Below are positions 1 through 9,581 of a stretch of 64,000 nt of DNA, piece by piece. The DNA is from an uncultured Gemmatimonadales bacterium (GTDB lineage Bacteria > Gemmatimonadota > Gemmatimonadetes > Palauibacterales > Palauibacteraceae), in the NCBI GenBank assembly GCA_947259585.1, contig CAMYMV010000018.1, positions 15,415-79,414 of the forward strand, given 5' to 3'. The notes under the pieces are model-generated. The model had not been told where the DNA came from. It was given only the letters and a program-made list of their open reading frames with translations, and ran no database searches. The position numbers were made by a program, and so were the translations under genes. Numbering within the stretch: position 1 is the stretch's first letter; every line of letters begins with the position of its first letter.

Positions 1-196
1 CCTCTGAGATCGGCATGGCCGATCGGATGCCGTATTGGCGGGCCTCGTAACCGGCTGCCGCCACGACGCCCCGCCCACGTCCCCCCTTCGGATCCGAGCC
101 TACCACGACAGGCCGACCGGCCAGATCGGGATTCTCCCGCACCTCGATCGCCGCGTAGAAGGCGTCCATGTCGACGTGGAGGATCGTCCTCGACAC
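1..196 (-). CDS. dinB: DNA polymerase IV, N-terminal part (runs off the window)
   Basis: Manual translation from GTG at 196: [33 protein letters not shown]...[21 protein letters not shown], the Y-family signature. Confidence 0.93.
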   Translation of the reverse strand, partial: MSRTILHVDMDAFYAAIEVRENPDLAGRPVVVGSDPKGGRGRGVVAAAGYEARQYGIRSAMPISE

Positions 197-198
197 GT

Positions 199-999
199 TC
201 AACCCTCGACTCCCGCCGCGATCCTTTCCCTCAGGATGCGGAGCGCCCGGCCCGGCTCGTCCGATATCAAACCGTCGACGCCCCAGTCCCACAAACGACG
301 CATCGCGTCCGGCCGGTTGACCGTCCAGACGAAGACGCCGAGCCCGTCGCGGTGGGCCCGGCGCACGAATCTGGGGGTGACGATCCGGATCCCGCGGAAT
401 CGCTCGGGCACCATCACGGCATCGGCGTCCGGCACGGAGGAGCCGGCGAGACCGACCTTGCCGAGCAACACGTAGGAGCGGAGCTCCCCCTCGCTCGCGC
501 ATCGCCAGGATGCGTACGGCGCCGCCGGCTCCAGGGCGCTACGCGAGAAGGAGCCGACCAGCGTCCGTGCGGCGACGTCGTGCTCGGACAGCCAGCCGGG
601 AAGCCGGTCCCCGGCGCGCTGCGACTTGATCTCCATCACGACGGGGACGTCCTCGCCGATCTCCGCGAACGCCTCCGTCAGAGTGGGGATCCGAACGCCG
701 CGAGCCCGGAACGGGAATTTGCCGCCGCCGTTCGGCGTGAAGCGGTATCCGGCGTCGAGCCGTCGCGCCTCCTCCAGACTCATGTCGTCGATCCGACCGG
801 AGCCGTCCGTCGTCCGATCGACCGTTGAATCGTGTAGGAGGACAAGTCGGCCGTCGCTCGTACATTGAAGGTCGAACTCCACCGCGTGCGCCCCGGCGCG
901 AACGGCATGACGCAGTGAGGGTAGGGTGTTCTCCGGTGCCACACCTGCCGCGCCGCGGTGCCCGACGACTCGAATGGAGGATCCGGGCCCGAAAGTCAT
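199..999 (-). CDS. Glycerophosphodiester phosphodiesterase
   Basis: [21 protein letters not shown] and WTVN...DGLISD motifs of the GDPD family. Confidence 0.92.
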   Translation of the reverse strand: MTFGPGSSIRVVGHRGAAGVAPENTLPSLRHAVRAGAHAVEFDLQCTSDGRLVLLHDSTVDRTTDGSGRIDDMSLEEARRLDAGYRFTPNGGGKFPFRARGVRIPTLTEAFAEIGEDVPVVMEIKSQRAGDRLPGWLSEHDVAARTLVGSFSRSALEPAAPYASWRCASEGELRSYVLLGKVGLAGSSVPDADAVMVPERFRGIRIVTPRFVRRAHRDGLGVFVWTVNRPDAMRRLWDWGVDGLISDEPGRALRILRERIAAGVEG

Positions 1000-1118
1000 C
1001 CGAGGAAGTTAAGCGCGGCCGTGTGTTGCCGCCCGGAGCAGCCGTACGCTACCATTTCGGGCCCGAACACTCCTCGACGAGACCACGTATCCGACGGATA
1101 GACTCAGACAGAACCGGA

Positions 1119-2459
1119 ATGACGAACGGCGAAAGCGCGGGCGGACATCCGCCGGACCTGATGAACAAGCTCACGTCGCTGAGCAAGCGGCGCGGATTCA
1201 TCTTTCAGTCCTCCGAGATCTACGGGGGCGTGGGATCCGTGTACGACTACGGTCCGCTAGGGGTCGAGCTCAAGAACAACATCCGCGCCGCCTGGTGGCA
1301 AGAGATGGTGCACCGCAGGCCCGACGTAGAGGGTGTGGATGCCGGAATCCTCATGAACCCTCGCGTGTGGGAAGCCAGCGGCCACGTCGAAGGCTTCACG
1401 GATCCGCTCGTCGAGTGCCGCAACTGCCACCGCCGCTTCCGCGCCGAAGACCTCGATGGCGTGCAGTGCCCCTCCTGCGGGATGTCCGGGACGTTCACGG
1501 AGCCGCGCCAATTCAACCTGATGTTCCACACCTTCATGGGGCCGGTCCAGGACGAGGCATCCACCGTCTACCTGAGGCCCGAGACCGCCCAGGGGATATA
1601 CGTCAACTTCCGCAACATCCAGGAGACGGCGCGGCAGAAGGTCCCCTTCGGGATCGCCCAGATCGGGAAGGCGTTCAGGAACGAGATCACTCCAGGCAAC
1701 TTCATCTTCCGGATGCGCGAGTTCGAGCAGATGGAGATGCAGTACTTCGTCGAGCCGAGCGCCGACGCGGAGTGGTTCGAGACGTGGAAGCAGCGCCGCA
1801 TGGAGTGGGTTCGCGGCCTGGGCGTGACCCCGGAGCGGCTTCGCTTTCACGAGCACGGGCCCGACGAGCTGGCCCATTACGCGAAGACCGCGTTCGACAT
1901 CCAGTACCTCTTCCCCTTCGGGTGGCAGGAGATCGAGGGGATCCACAACCGGACCGATTTCGACCTGTCGCGCCACCAGGAGTACTCGGGCAAGAAACTG
2001 GAGTACTTCGACCCCGCGAGCGGCGACCGCTTCATTCCGTTCGTCATCGAGACATCCGCGGGGCTCGATCGCACGCTGCTCGTCGTGCTCGCCGATGCGT
2101 ATACGGAAGAGGAGATCGAAGGCGAGCAGCGCGTACTCCTCCGGCTTCACCCCCGCCTGGCTCCGATCAAGGCGGCCGTCTTCCCGCTCGTGAAGAAAGA
2201 CGGAATGCCGGATGTGGCAAAACGGGTGGCCGATGAGCTCCGCGAGGAGGTCACCGTCTTCTACGACGAAGCCGGGTCCATCGGCAGACGCTATCGTCGG
2301 CAGGACGAGGCCGGCACGCCGTACTGCATCACGATCGACGGCCAGACGCTCGAGGACGAGACGGTCACCGTTCGCGACCGGGATTCGCTCCAGCAGGAGC
2401 GGGTCGCCATCGACCGCCTGCCGGGCCACCTGCAGGCCTTGCTCGAAGCCGCCGCTTGA
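1119..2459 (+). CDS. glyQS: Glycine--tRNA ligase (alpha2 type)
   Basis: KRRGFIFQSSEIYGG, LRPETAQG, FRNEITPGNFIFRMREFEQME, anticodon-binding GSIGRRYRRQDE; start taken at ATG 1119. Confidence 0.97.
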   Translation: MTNGESAGGHPPDLMNKLTSLSKRRGFIFQSSEIYGGVGSVYDYGPLGVELKNNIRAAWWQEMVHRRPDVEGVDAGILMNPRVWEASGHVEGFTDPLVECRNCHRRFRAEDLDGVQCPSCGMSGTFTEPRQFNLMFHTFMGPVQDEASTVYLRPETAQGIYVNFRNIQETARQKVPFGIAQIGKAFRNEITPGNFIFRMREFEQMEMQYFVEPSADAEWFETWKQRRMEWVRGLGVTPERLRFHEHGPDELAHYAKTAFDIQYLFPFGWQEIEGIHNRTDFDLSRHQEYSGKKLEYFDPASGDRFIPFVIETSAGLDRTLLVVLADAYTEEEIEGEQRVLLRLHPRLAPIKAAVFPLVKKDGMPDVAKRVADELREEVTVFYDEAGSIGRRYRRQDEAGTPYCITIDGQTLEDETVTVRDRDSLQQERVAIDRLPGHLQALLEAAA

Positions 2460-3943
2460 GCCTCACCCTGGACGAGCTTCGCCTGAGGGCGGAGCGATTC
2501 CTCGCGCGCGCCCGCGAGGAACGGTACCTCTCCGAGGCCGGCCTGAAGACCAGGCCGCAGCTCGAAGAGCTTTACGACTCGGACCCGCTGCTGGACATCT
2601 CGGTCTCGATGCCGGTCGTCGAGAGAGCTCTGGCCGAGTCCTCGGGCGGAGAGGAGCGGCGGCTCCGGTTACTGCTCGAGTGGTTGGGCACCCGGCACCT
2701 GCAGCGGGTTCGCGCGCCGCTGGACGACGAGCTCTACGCCTGGGAGAGCACGACGACGTTCGACGTCGACGGCCACGAGCGACCGCTCACCGGCGTCCTC
2801 GATCTGTTGCGAAATTCCGAGCGCGGTCTCGCGCTGGCATTAGAGGAGCGCAGGAACCGGGAGCTCGAAGAGGTCGCCACCGTTCTCATGGACCGGAACT
2901 TCAGAGTACGGCAGGCAGCCGAGGGGTTGGGATACGGTGGGTACGTCGACGCGAGCTCCCGGCTGGCCGGTTTCAGCCTCAGGGTCGCTGGACGGCAGGC
3001 CCGCCAGGTCCTGGATCAGACCGAGGCGGTCTTTCGCGAACAGCTCGTCTACCATTTGCGGACCTGGCTCGACCTCTCCCCGGACGAAGCGGAGAGATCC
3101 GACACGCGAAGGCTGCGCCGCATGGCGTGGCTGGACGACGCGTTCAGGCCGCGAGAGGTCCTGGAATCGACCGCCCGTGACCTCGCTGCTCTCTCCATTC
3201 CCCTGGAGGCGAAGGGTCGGCTCAGGCTGGATCGCGAAGCTCGTCCGCTGAAGCGCGGCCGTGCCTTCTTCGCGGCGCTGCGCGTACCCGACGATGTCGT
3301 GATCTGCATCGCTCCGGTGGGTGGACGGGCTGGTTGCCAGGGGGTGCTCAGGGCGGTCGGGGGAGGCCTCCACGCTGCCTACACGGACCCTGATTTGCCC
3401 TTCGAATACCGATCTCTCGGGGACACTTCCGTCGCGCGGGGATTCGGCCGGACATTCGCGCGCCTGACGAGCAGCGGAGCGTGGGTGGAGCGTACCACCG
3501 GGCTGTCGGGCGAGGCCCTCGCGGACTATCTGCGCCTCGCGGCCTTCGTGGATCTGCAGGCGCTTCGTCGCGACGCGGCGACCCTGGTCTACGAGCTCGA
3601 GCTGGCCGAGGCCGAGCGTCCAAGCGAGCTTCGGCTTCGCTATGCACAGCTGATGCGCCACGCCACCGGCGTCCGCTATGATCCGCGCTCCTTTCTGGAG
3701 CATGCCGAGGGAGATTTCACGAGTGCCCGCAGGCTCCGAGCCTGGATGCTCAGCGCCATCCTCTCGAACGAGCTGCGGGAGCGATACGATGCGGACTGGC
3801 CGACCAACCCGCGCGCAGGATCGTCCCTGCGGGAGCTCTGTGCGTTGGGCCGCATGGAAGATGCGTCCGACCTCGCGAAGCGGTTCGGGGAGCGCTTGGA
3901 GCCCGAGACACTCCTCGCCCACCTGGGCGAAGAGTACGGCTGA
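2456..3943 (+). CDS. Peptidase M3/M32-like fold protein lacking a canonical HExxH
   Basis: 495 aa coupled to glyQS; K.GRAF...RVPDDV and LH.A...PDLPFEYRSLGD.SV segments resemble M3-like oligopeptidases. Confidence 0.5.
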   Translation: MSLTLDELRLRAERFLARAREERYLSEAGLKTRPQLEELYDSDPLLDISVSMPVVERALAESSGGEERRLRLLLEWLGTRHLQRVRAPLDDELYAWESTTTFDVDGHERPLTGVLDLLRNSERGLALALEERRNRELEEVATVLMDRNFRVRQAAEGLGYGGYVDASSRLAGFSLRVAGRQARQVLDQTEAVFREQLVYHLRTWLDLSPDEAERSDTRRLRRMAWLDDAFRPREVLESTARDLAALSIPLEAKGRLRLDREARPLKRGRAFFAALRVPDDVVICIAPVGGRAGCQGVLRAVGGGLHAAYTDPDLPFEYRSLGDTSVARGFGRTFARLTSSGAWVERTTGLSGEALADYLRLAAFVDLQALRRDAATLVYELELAEAERPSELRLRYAQLMRHATGVRYDPRSFLEHAEGDFTSARRLRAWMLSAILSNELRERYDADWPTNPRAGSSLRELCALGRMEDASDLAKRFGERLEPETLLAHLGEEYG

Positions 3944-3949
3944 GGTCGC

Positions 3950-4954
3950 GTGGAGATGAACCCTCCGCAGCGTATGTCCGCCGCCCGGACCGCGGCCGGC
4001 TTGGCCCTCCTCGTCGGTGGATACGCCGCCTGGGTTCGCCGGCGGAACCGCCGCCTTCGCCGTCCACCGATCCGAGGCCCGGACGGCCTCGCCTACCCCT
4101 CACGCCGGCTCGTCTACTCCGACGGGGTCGAGGTGACGTACCTGGACGCCGGGAGCGGGAGTCCGATCGTGATGATCCCGGGTGCGGACGGAATGAAGGA
4201 GACCTTCCGATACCAGGTACCCGCTCTCGCCGACCTGCATCGCGTCATCGCCGCCGACATGCGCGCTCGGCACGCGCCCGACGCCTCGTTCGATCGCCTG
4301 GCGGACGATGTCGCCGAGCTCATGGACGAATGCGGCCTCGAGAGCGCCCTCGTCGTGGGTCAGAGCCTCGGGGGTGCCGTCGCCCTCCGCTTCGCGACGC
4401 GCTACCCGGAGCGGGCCGCGGGGCTCGTCATCGCGAACTCGCTCACCCGCATCACGCTGGAACACCTGGGGCTGAATCGAACCGGGCTCATCCCGCTGGC
4501 GCGCTTTACGACCCGGTACCTGCCGACGGCCGCCTCGCGCGGCTTGGCTCGCCTCTGGAGCCGGGCCGAGGTCTGGGTGTTCGACGACTCTCCCGGATGG
4601 GCCAATATCGTGGACTACGTGCTCTGGACCGGCCCGCGCACCGTGCCGGCCGCGGTTTCGAAGGGGAGGGTGGACCTGTTTCGCGAGGTGGATCTCCGGG
4701 CGGAGCTTAGTCACGTACGTGCCCCCACGCTGGTCGTTCGAGGGGATCGGGACTTCTACATGCCTCCGCACTGGTGGGACGACATCCTGGAGCTCGTCCC
4801 GAGCTCGCGGAGTACGGAGGTCCCCGAGGCCGGGCACTGCTCCCACATCTCGATGCCCGGCACCTTCAACCAGACAATCCTCGAGTGGATCCGTGAGATC
4901 GACGCGACCGGCGCGGCCGGTTCCCCCGGGCAGCCGAGCGGGGAGTCCCCGTGA
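3950..4954 (+). CDS. Alpha/beta hydrolase with N-terminal membrane anchor
   Basis: GQSLGG nucleophile elbow, GDRD acid, AGH catalytic His. Confidence 0.88.
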   Translation: MEMNPPQRMSAARTAAGLALLVGGYAAWVRRRNRRLRRPPIRGPDGLAYPSRRLVYSDGVEVTYLDAGSGSPIVMIPGADGMKETFRYQVPALADLHRVIAADMRARHAPDASFDRLADDVAELMDECGLESALVVGQSLGGAVALRFATRYPERAAGLVIANSLTRITLEHLGLNRTGLIPLARFTTRYLPTAASRGLARLWSRAEVWVFDDSPGWANIVDYVLWTGPRTVPAAVSKGRVDLFREVDLRAELSHVRAPTLVVRGDRDFYMPPHWWDDILELVPSSRSTEVPEAGHCSHISMPGTFNQTILEWIREIDATGAAGSPGQPSGESP

Positions 4955-6426
4955 CGGATCGCGGAGCCGTGTTCTCCTCTCGCTGGGGGACGATGCTCGC
5001 CATGCTCGGGATGGCGGTCGGAACCGGGAACATCTGGCGATTCCCGCGTGTCGCGGCTTCGAACGGAGGAGGCGCCTTCCTCGTCGCCTGGGTCGTCTTT
5101 CTCCTCCTCTGGTCGGTCCCGCTCATCCTCGTCGAGTTCGCGATGGGAAAGAACACGCGCCGTGGGCCGATCGGGGCGTTCGTGAAGGTCGCCGGCCCAC
5201 GCTTCGCCTGGATGGGCGCCTGGGTGGCGTTCACCGCCACGGCGATCATGTGCTACTACTCGGTGGTGATGGGGTGGACCGTCCGCTACCTGTGGGGGTC
5301 GCTGACCCGCGCCGTGCCGATGGATTCGCCCGAGGCGGCGGACGCGTTCTGGTCCGTCTACGTGGGTTCCGGCGCCGCGGTGGCGACGCACGCGGTCGCC
5401 ATCACGCTGGGCGCCCTGGTCGTGGCCCGGGGGGTGATGGGGATCGAACGGGCGGCGCGGGTTCTGATCCCGAGCCTCCTCATCCTGGTCGTCGTCCTCG
5501 TCATCCGGGCGGTGACTCTCCCGGGAGCCTCCGCCGGTCTCGAGTTCCTCTTCAGTCCCGACTGGAGCGACCTGCTCACGGCTCGCCTGTGGCTGGAGGC
5601 TCTCACGCAGAACGCCTGGGACACGGGGGCGGGCTGGGGGCTGATCGTCGCGTATGCGGTCTACCTGAGGAGGCGCGAGGACACGACCCTGAACGCCTTT
5701 CTTCTTGGCTTCGGCAACAACTCCGTCTCGCTCCTCGCCGGCATCATGGTGCTCTGCACCGTGTTCGCGATCATGCCGGATTCAGCGGGGCAGATCGTTG
5801 GAGCCGGCAACGAGGGTCTGACCTTCGTCTGGGTACCGCAGCTGTTCGGACAGATGCCGGCCGGACGCTTCTTCATGGTGCTCTTCTTCCTGGCCCTGGT
5901 CTTCGCGGCCTGGAGCAGTCTGATTGCCATGATCGAGCTGGCATCGCGTGTGCTGCGGGACGCGGGCGTAGAGCGCACTCGAGCGATCATCGCGGTCGGT
6001 GCGCTCGGCTTCCTCGTCGGGCTCCCCTCCGCTCTCTCCATCGACATATTCAGGAATCAGGACTGGGTGTGGGGCGTCGGGCTCATGCTCTCCGGCTTCT
6101 TCTTCGCCTTCTCCGTCCTTCGCTTCGGCGTGGACCGTTTCCGCTCGGTGATGGTTAATACGGAGGGCTGCGACCTCGTGATCGGCCGCTGGTGGAACGT
6201 CGCGATTCGTCTCGTGGCGGTTCAGGCCGTCGTGCTCATGGGGTGGTGGCTGTGGCAGGCAGTCGACCCGTCCGACCTCGCGGCTACGTTCACGCCCTTT
6301 TCCACCTTCAACGTGGGTAGCGTGCTGGTCCAGTGGATCGTGGCGATCACCGCCTTCCTGCTCCTGAACCGATGGCTAGTGAAGATCTCCGGCGCGGCTT
6401 CCGCGCCGGAGCAGGACGGCCCATGA
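4951..6426 (+). CDS. Sodium-dependent transporter, NSS (SNF) family
   Basis: AVGTGNIWRFP, NGGGAFL, multiple TM helices. Confidence 0.93.
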   Translation: MTDRGAVFSSRWGTMLAMLGMAVGTGNIWRFPRVAASNGGGAFLVAWVVFLLLWSVPLILVEFAMGKNTRRGPIGAFVKVAGPRFAWMGAWVAFTATAIMCYYSVVMGWTVRYLWGSLTRAVPMDSPEAADAFWSVYVGSGAAVATHAVAITLGALVVARGVMGIERAARVLIPSLLILVVVLVIRAVTLPGASAGLEFLFSPDWSDLLTARLWLEALTQNAWDTGAGWGLIVAYAVYLRRREDTTLNAFLLGFGNNSVSLLAGIMVLCTVFAIMPDSAGQIVGAGNEGLTFVWVPQLFGQMPAGRFFMVLFFLALVFAAWSSLIAMIELASRVLRDAGVERTRAIIAVGALGFLVGLPSALSIDIFRNQDWVWGVGLMLSGFFFAFSVLRFGVDRFRSVMVNTEGCDLVIGRWWNVAIRLVAVQAVVLMGWWLWQAVDPSDLAATFTPFSTFNVGSVLVQWIVAITAFLLLNRWLVKISGAASAPEQDGP

Positions 6427-6968
6427 CCGTATCCACCGAGCGCTTCCGAGACGTCCTGGGATGTCTGGCCGGCGGCGTGTGCGTGATAGCGACGCGTGAT
6501 CCGCAAGGCCTACCGCGAGGCCTCACCGCCACCGCGGTGTGCTCGGTGTCGCTGGATCCGCCGCTCGTGCTGGTCTGTCTGGACTCCGGCTCGCACACGC
6601 ACGCCGCGATCACGACCTCGGGCTTCTTTGCCGTGACCTTCCTCGGCGCCGACGACTCGTCGGTCGCGGATCGATTCGCGGGCGACGACGAAAACAAGTT
6701 CCAGGGTGTTCCGACACGCGAGATGATTACCGGGGCGCCGGTGCTGGAGGCCGGCCTGGGTTACTGCGACTGTGCGGTGGTGAAAGAGGTGGCGGCGGGG
6801 GACCACACGGTGTTCATCGGGCGGGTCGAGGCTGCCGACCTCTCGGAACGGGTGGGGGGATCTCTTGCGCCGCTCCTTCATTACCGTGGGGCATACCTGG
6901 TGCCGGCCGGCGCCGAACGGAAGTCGGCGCGGGGACCCGGCCCGAATCCGGACCCGCCGCGGGACTGA
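6423..6968 (+). CDS. Flavin reductase family protein
   Basis: GLTATAVCSVSLDPPLVLV, GDHTVFIG motifs; ATG at 6423 overlaps the upstream stop. Confidence 0.92.
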   Translation: MTVSTERFRDVLGCLAGGVCVIATRDPQGLPRGLTATAVCSVSLDPPLVLVCLDSGSHTHAAITTSGFFAVTFLGADDSSVADRFAGDDENKFQGVPTREMITGAPVLEAGLGYCDCAVVKEVAAGDHTVFIGRVEAADLSERVGGSLAPLLHYRGAYLVPAGAERKSARGPGPNPDPPRD

Positions 6969-6989
6969 GTCGAGGTCGAGGAGGAGGAC

Positions 6990-7709
6990 GTGTCCGCCCC
7001 GGCAGAGATGGCGCTGGACGATTTCGAGGCACTGGCAGCCCGGCTCTGGCAGCGCATCCCGGAGGCGCTGAAGGAGGGTGTGAACGCGCTGGTTATCGAG
7101 GAGAAGGAGCTCGGCCATCCCACGCTCGGCGGGATCTATACCCTCGGCGAGTGCGTCACGGAGAGCTGGCCTTCGGGATACGGCGACGCCGGCGATGTGC
7201 GCTCGGAGCTGGTGCTCTACCACGGCTCCTTTCTGGCGCTGTCATACGAAGACGACGCTCTGGAGTGGGAGGAGGAGATCTGGGAGACTATCACCCACGA
7301 GCTGCTCCACCACCGCGAGGCGGCGGCCGGCGAATCGGCGCTGGACGACATGGATTGGGCGACCGATCAGAACTTCCTCCGCCTGGCGGAGCGGCCCTTC
7401 GACCCGACCTTCTACCGCGCGATACCGGCGGATGCGGATGGAATCGTGAGGTTGGACTCCGAGACCTTCGCCGAGGGCAGCATAGAGGGCGGATCCTCCA
7501 CCGCCACCTTCACGTGGAGGGGCCGGAGCTTCGGCGTCCGCGTCCCGGCGGCGGCTGTGACGCTCTTCGTGAGCGTCCGAAACCTGGCGGGCGGCCGCCT
7601 GACGGTCGTCGTGCCTCCGAGAGTGCCGCTTCTTCGGCGGATCCTCGGCAGAGGGGGCGACGGCGTCCAGGTGCTCTCGCGGCGGGCGCTCCCCGTTCCC
7701 CACTCGTAG
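6990..7709 (+). CDS. Zincin-like metallopeptidase domain protein
   Basis: ETITHELLHH HExxH motif in a minimal zincin context. Confidence 0.7.
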   Translation: MSAPAEMALDDFEALAARLWQRIPEALKEGVNALVIEEKELGHPTLGGIYTLGECVTESWPSGYGDAGDVRSELVLYHGSFLALSYEDDALEWEEEIWETITHELLHHREAAAGESALDDMDWATDQNFLRLAERPFDPTFYRAIPADADGIVRLDSETFAEGSIEGGSSTATFTWRGRSFGVRVPAAAVTLFVSVRNLAGGRLTVVVPPRVPLLRRILGRGGDGVQVLSRRALPVPHS

Positions 7710-7716
7710 GCCGGAT

Positions 7717-8901
7717 GTGATGCCGCTTTTCGGAGGGTTCAACATCGGCCGCTGGTTCGGCTTCCCGATCCGGATCGACTACTCCTGGTTCGTGCTGATC
7801 GCCCTGATCGTCTGGGTCTTCAGCACGGTCGAGTTCCCCCGGCAGCTTCCCGGCTACGACGGCGAGGCGTATCTGCTCATGGGGGTCGCCGCGGCGCTCT
7901 TCTTCTTCATGTCGCTCCTCCTGCACGAGCTCGCGCACTCGGTGGTGGCCCGCTCACGCGGCATACACGTACAGGGGATCACGCTCTTCATCTTCGGCGG
8001 CGTGGCGCAGACCACGATGGAAGCCAAGCGGCCGGTCGACGAGTTCCTCCTCACCGTCGTGGGTCCGCTCGCCAGCTTCACGCTGGCCGGGATCTTCTGG
8101 TCTCTCGGAGCCCTGACCGACGAGCTCGGGATCATGGCGCCGGCCGGACAGGTTTCCCGCTATCTGGGCTGGCTCAACTTCGTTCTCGCGGTCTTCAACC
8201 TCGTGCCGGGCTTTCCGCTGGACGGAGGTCGGATCTTCAGGGCGGCGGTCTGGCAGGTCACGGGAGACCTCCGCCGTGCCACGCGCTGGGCCACGGCCGG
8301 AGGCCGCGCCTTCGGTTACGTGCTCATCGCCGGCGGGGCGTTCCTGATCATGCGCGGGCCGCTGCTCAGCGGCCTCTGGCTGGCGTTCATCGGGTGGTTC
8401 CTCGCGAGCGCTGCCGCCTCGAGCTATCGGCAGTTCGTCTTGATGCGCGCGATCTCCGATGTGCCCGTGACTCGCGTCGCACGTCTGGCGCCGGCCGTGC
8501 CCGCCGCCATGTCCGCGCGCGACCTCGCGGATCTATACGTTTCGGGCCTCCCGCCGGCGCTCCCCGTGATACGCGACGGCCGGATGGTGGGGGTCGTGGC
8601 TCTGGACGACGTGGCGGCTGTTCCGCCGGAGCGTCGGGCCGAAACGACGGCTGCCGAGCTCATGAGCGACGTGGCCGACACGCCCGTCGTGTCGCCCGAC
8701 GCGACTCTCGACCAGGTGATCGGGCAACTTCAATCGAGTGATTCGGAGCGCGTGATCGTCGCGGAGGCAGGCCACATCCACGGGATCCTGACGTTGCAGG
8801 AGATCGGTGATTGGGTGGGGCGAGCCAACAAACTGGGTCTCGATCAGCTCCCGCCGTCGCTCGACGGGGGCGGCTCGGAGCCGGACGTAGGGGATGGCTG
8901 A
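7717..8901 (+). CDS. Site-2 protease (M50) with CBS domains
   Basis: HELAH, FNLVPGFPLDGGR, C-terminal CBS pair. Confidence 0.93.
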   Translation: MMPLFGGFNIGRWFGFPIRIDYSWFVLIALIVWVFSTVEFPRQLPGYDGEAYLLMGVAAALFFFMSLLLHELAHSVVARSRGIHVQGITLFIFGGVAQTTMEAKRPVDEFLLTVVGPLASFTLAGIFWSLGALTDELGIMAPAGQVSRYLGWLNFVLAVFNLVPGFPLDGGRIFRAAVWQVTGDLRRATRWATAGGRAFGYVLIAGGAFLIMRGPLLSGLWLAFIGWFLASAAASSYRQFVLMRAISDVPVTRVARLAPAVPAAMSARDLADLYVSGLPPALPVIRDGRMVGVVALDDVAAVPPERRAETTAAELMSDVADTPVVSPDATLDQVIGQLQSSDSERVIVAEAGHIHGILTLQEIGDWVGRANKLGLDQLPPSLDGGGSEPDVGDG

Positions 8902-9559
8902 GGATATGGCTGAGGATGTCGGGAGGAGCGACCCACGCCTGGGGGAGCTGGGGTCGAGGCTCGCCGATCGCTACCCGGACCTGACGGTGACGCTGGACCA
9001 CTCGTCCGCGCTCGAGCTGCTGGTGGCGACGATCCTCTCGGCGCAGTGCACGGACGCGCGCGTCAACGAGGTCACGCCCGCCCTGTTCCAGCGCTTCCCG
9101 ACGGCCGAGGATTACGCCGGAGCCGACCGGGAGGAGCTCGAGGAGTACGTCCGAAGCACGGGTTTCTTCCGGAACAAGGCCAAGCACATCCAGCAGATGT
9201 CGGCCCGGCTGGTGGCCGATCATGGCGGTGAGATCCCGGGCACGATGGAGGCGCTGGTCGAGCTGCCCGGTGTGGCTCGGAAGACCGCCAACGTGATCCT
9301 CAGCAACTGGTTCGGCGTGCACGAGGGCGTGGTCGTGGACACGCACGTGAAGCGCGTCGCCGGGCGCCTCGGCCTCACGGAGGAGACCGACCCCGCAAAG
9401 GTCGAGCGCGACCTGATGGAGCTGCTTCCGACGGATCAGTGGAGGCCCTTTGCGTGGCGCCTCATCCTTCATGGTCGCTCGACCTGCGCCGCCCGCCGCC
9501 CGAATTGCTCGGGCTGTGAGCTCGCGGATCTGTGCCCGAGCTCCCGGGCCTTCGACTGA
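8894..9559 (+). CDS. nth: Endonuclease III
   Basis: LSAQCTD, HhH LPGVARKTAN, VDTHV, C-x6-C-x2-C-x5-C 4Fe-4S motif. Confidence 0.96.
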   Translation: MAEDMAEDVGRSDPRLGELGSRLADRYPDLTVTLDHSSALELLVATILSAQCTDARVNEVTPALFQRFPTAEDYAGADREELEEYVRSTGFFRNKAKHIQQMSARLVADHGGEIPGTMEALVELPGVARKTANVILSNWFGVHEGVVVDTHVKRVAGRLGLTEETDPAKVERDLMELLPTDQWRPFAWRLILHGRSTCAARRPNCSGCELADLCPSSRAFD

Positions 9560-9581
9560 TGCGCCTCGAGGACGCGCAGAG

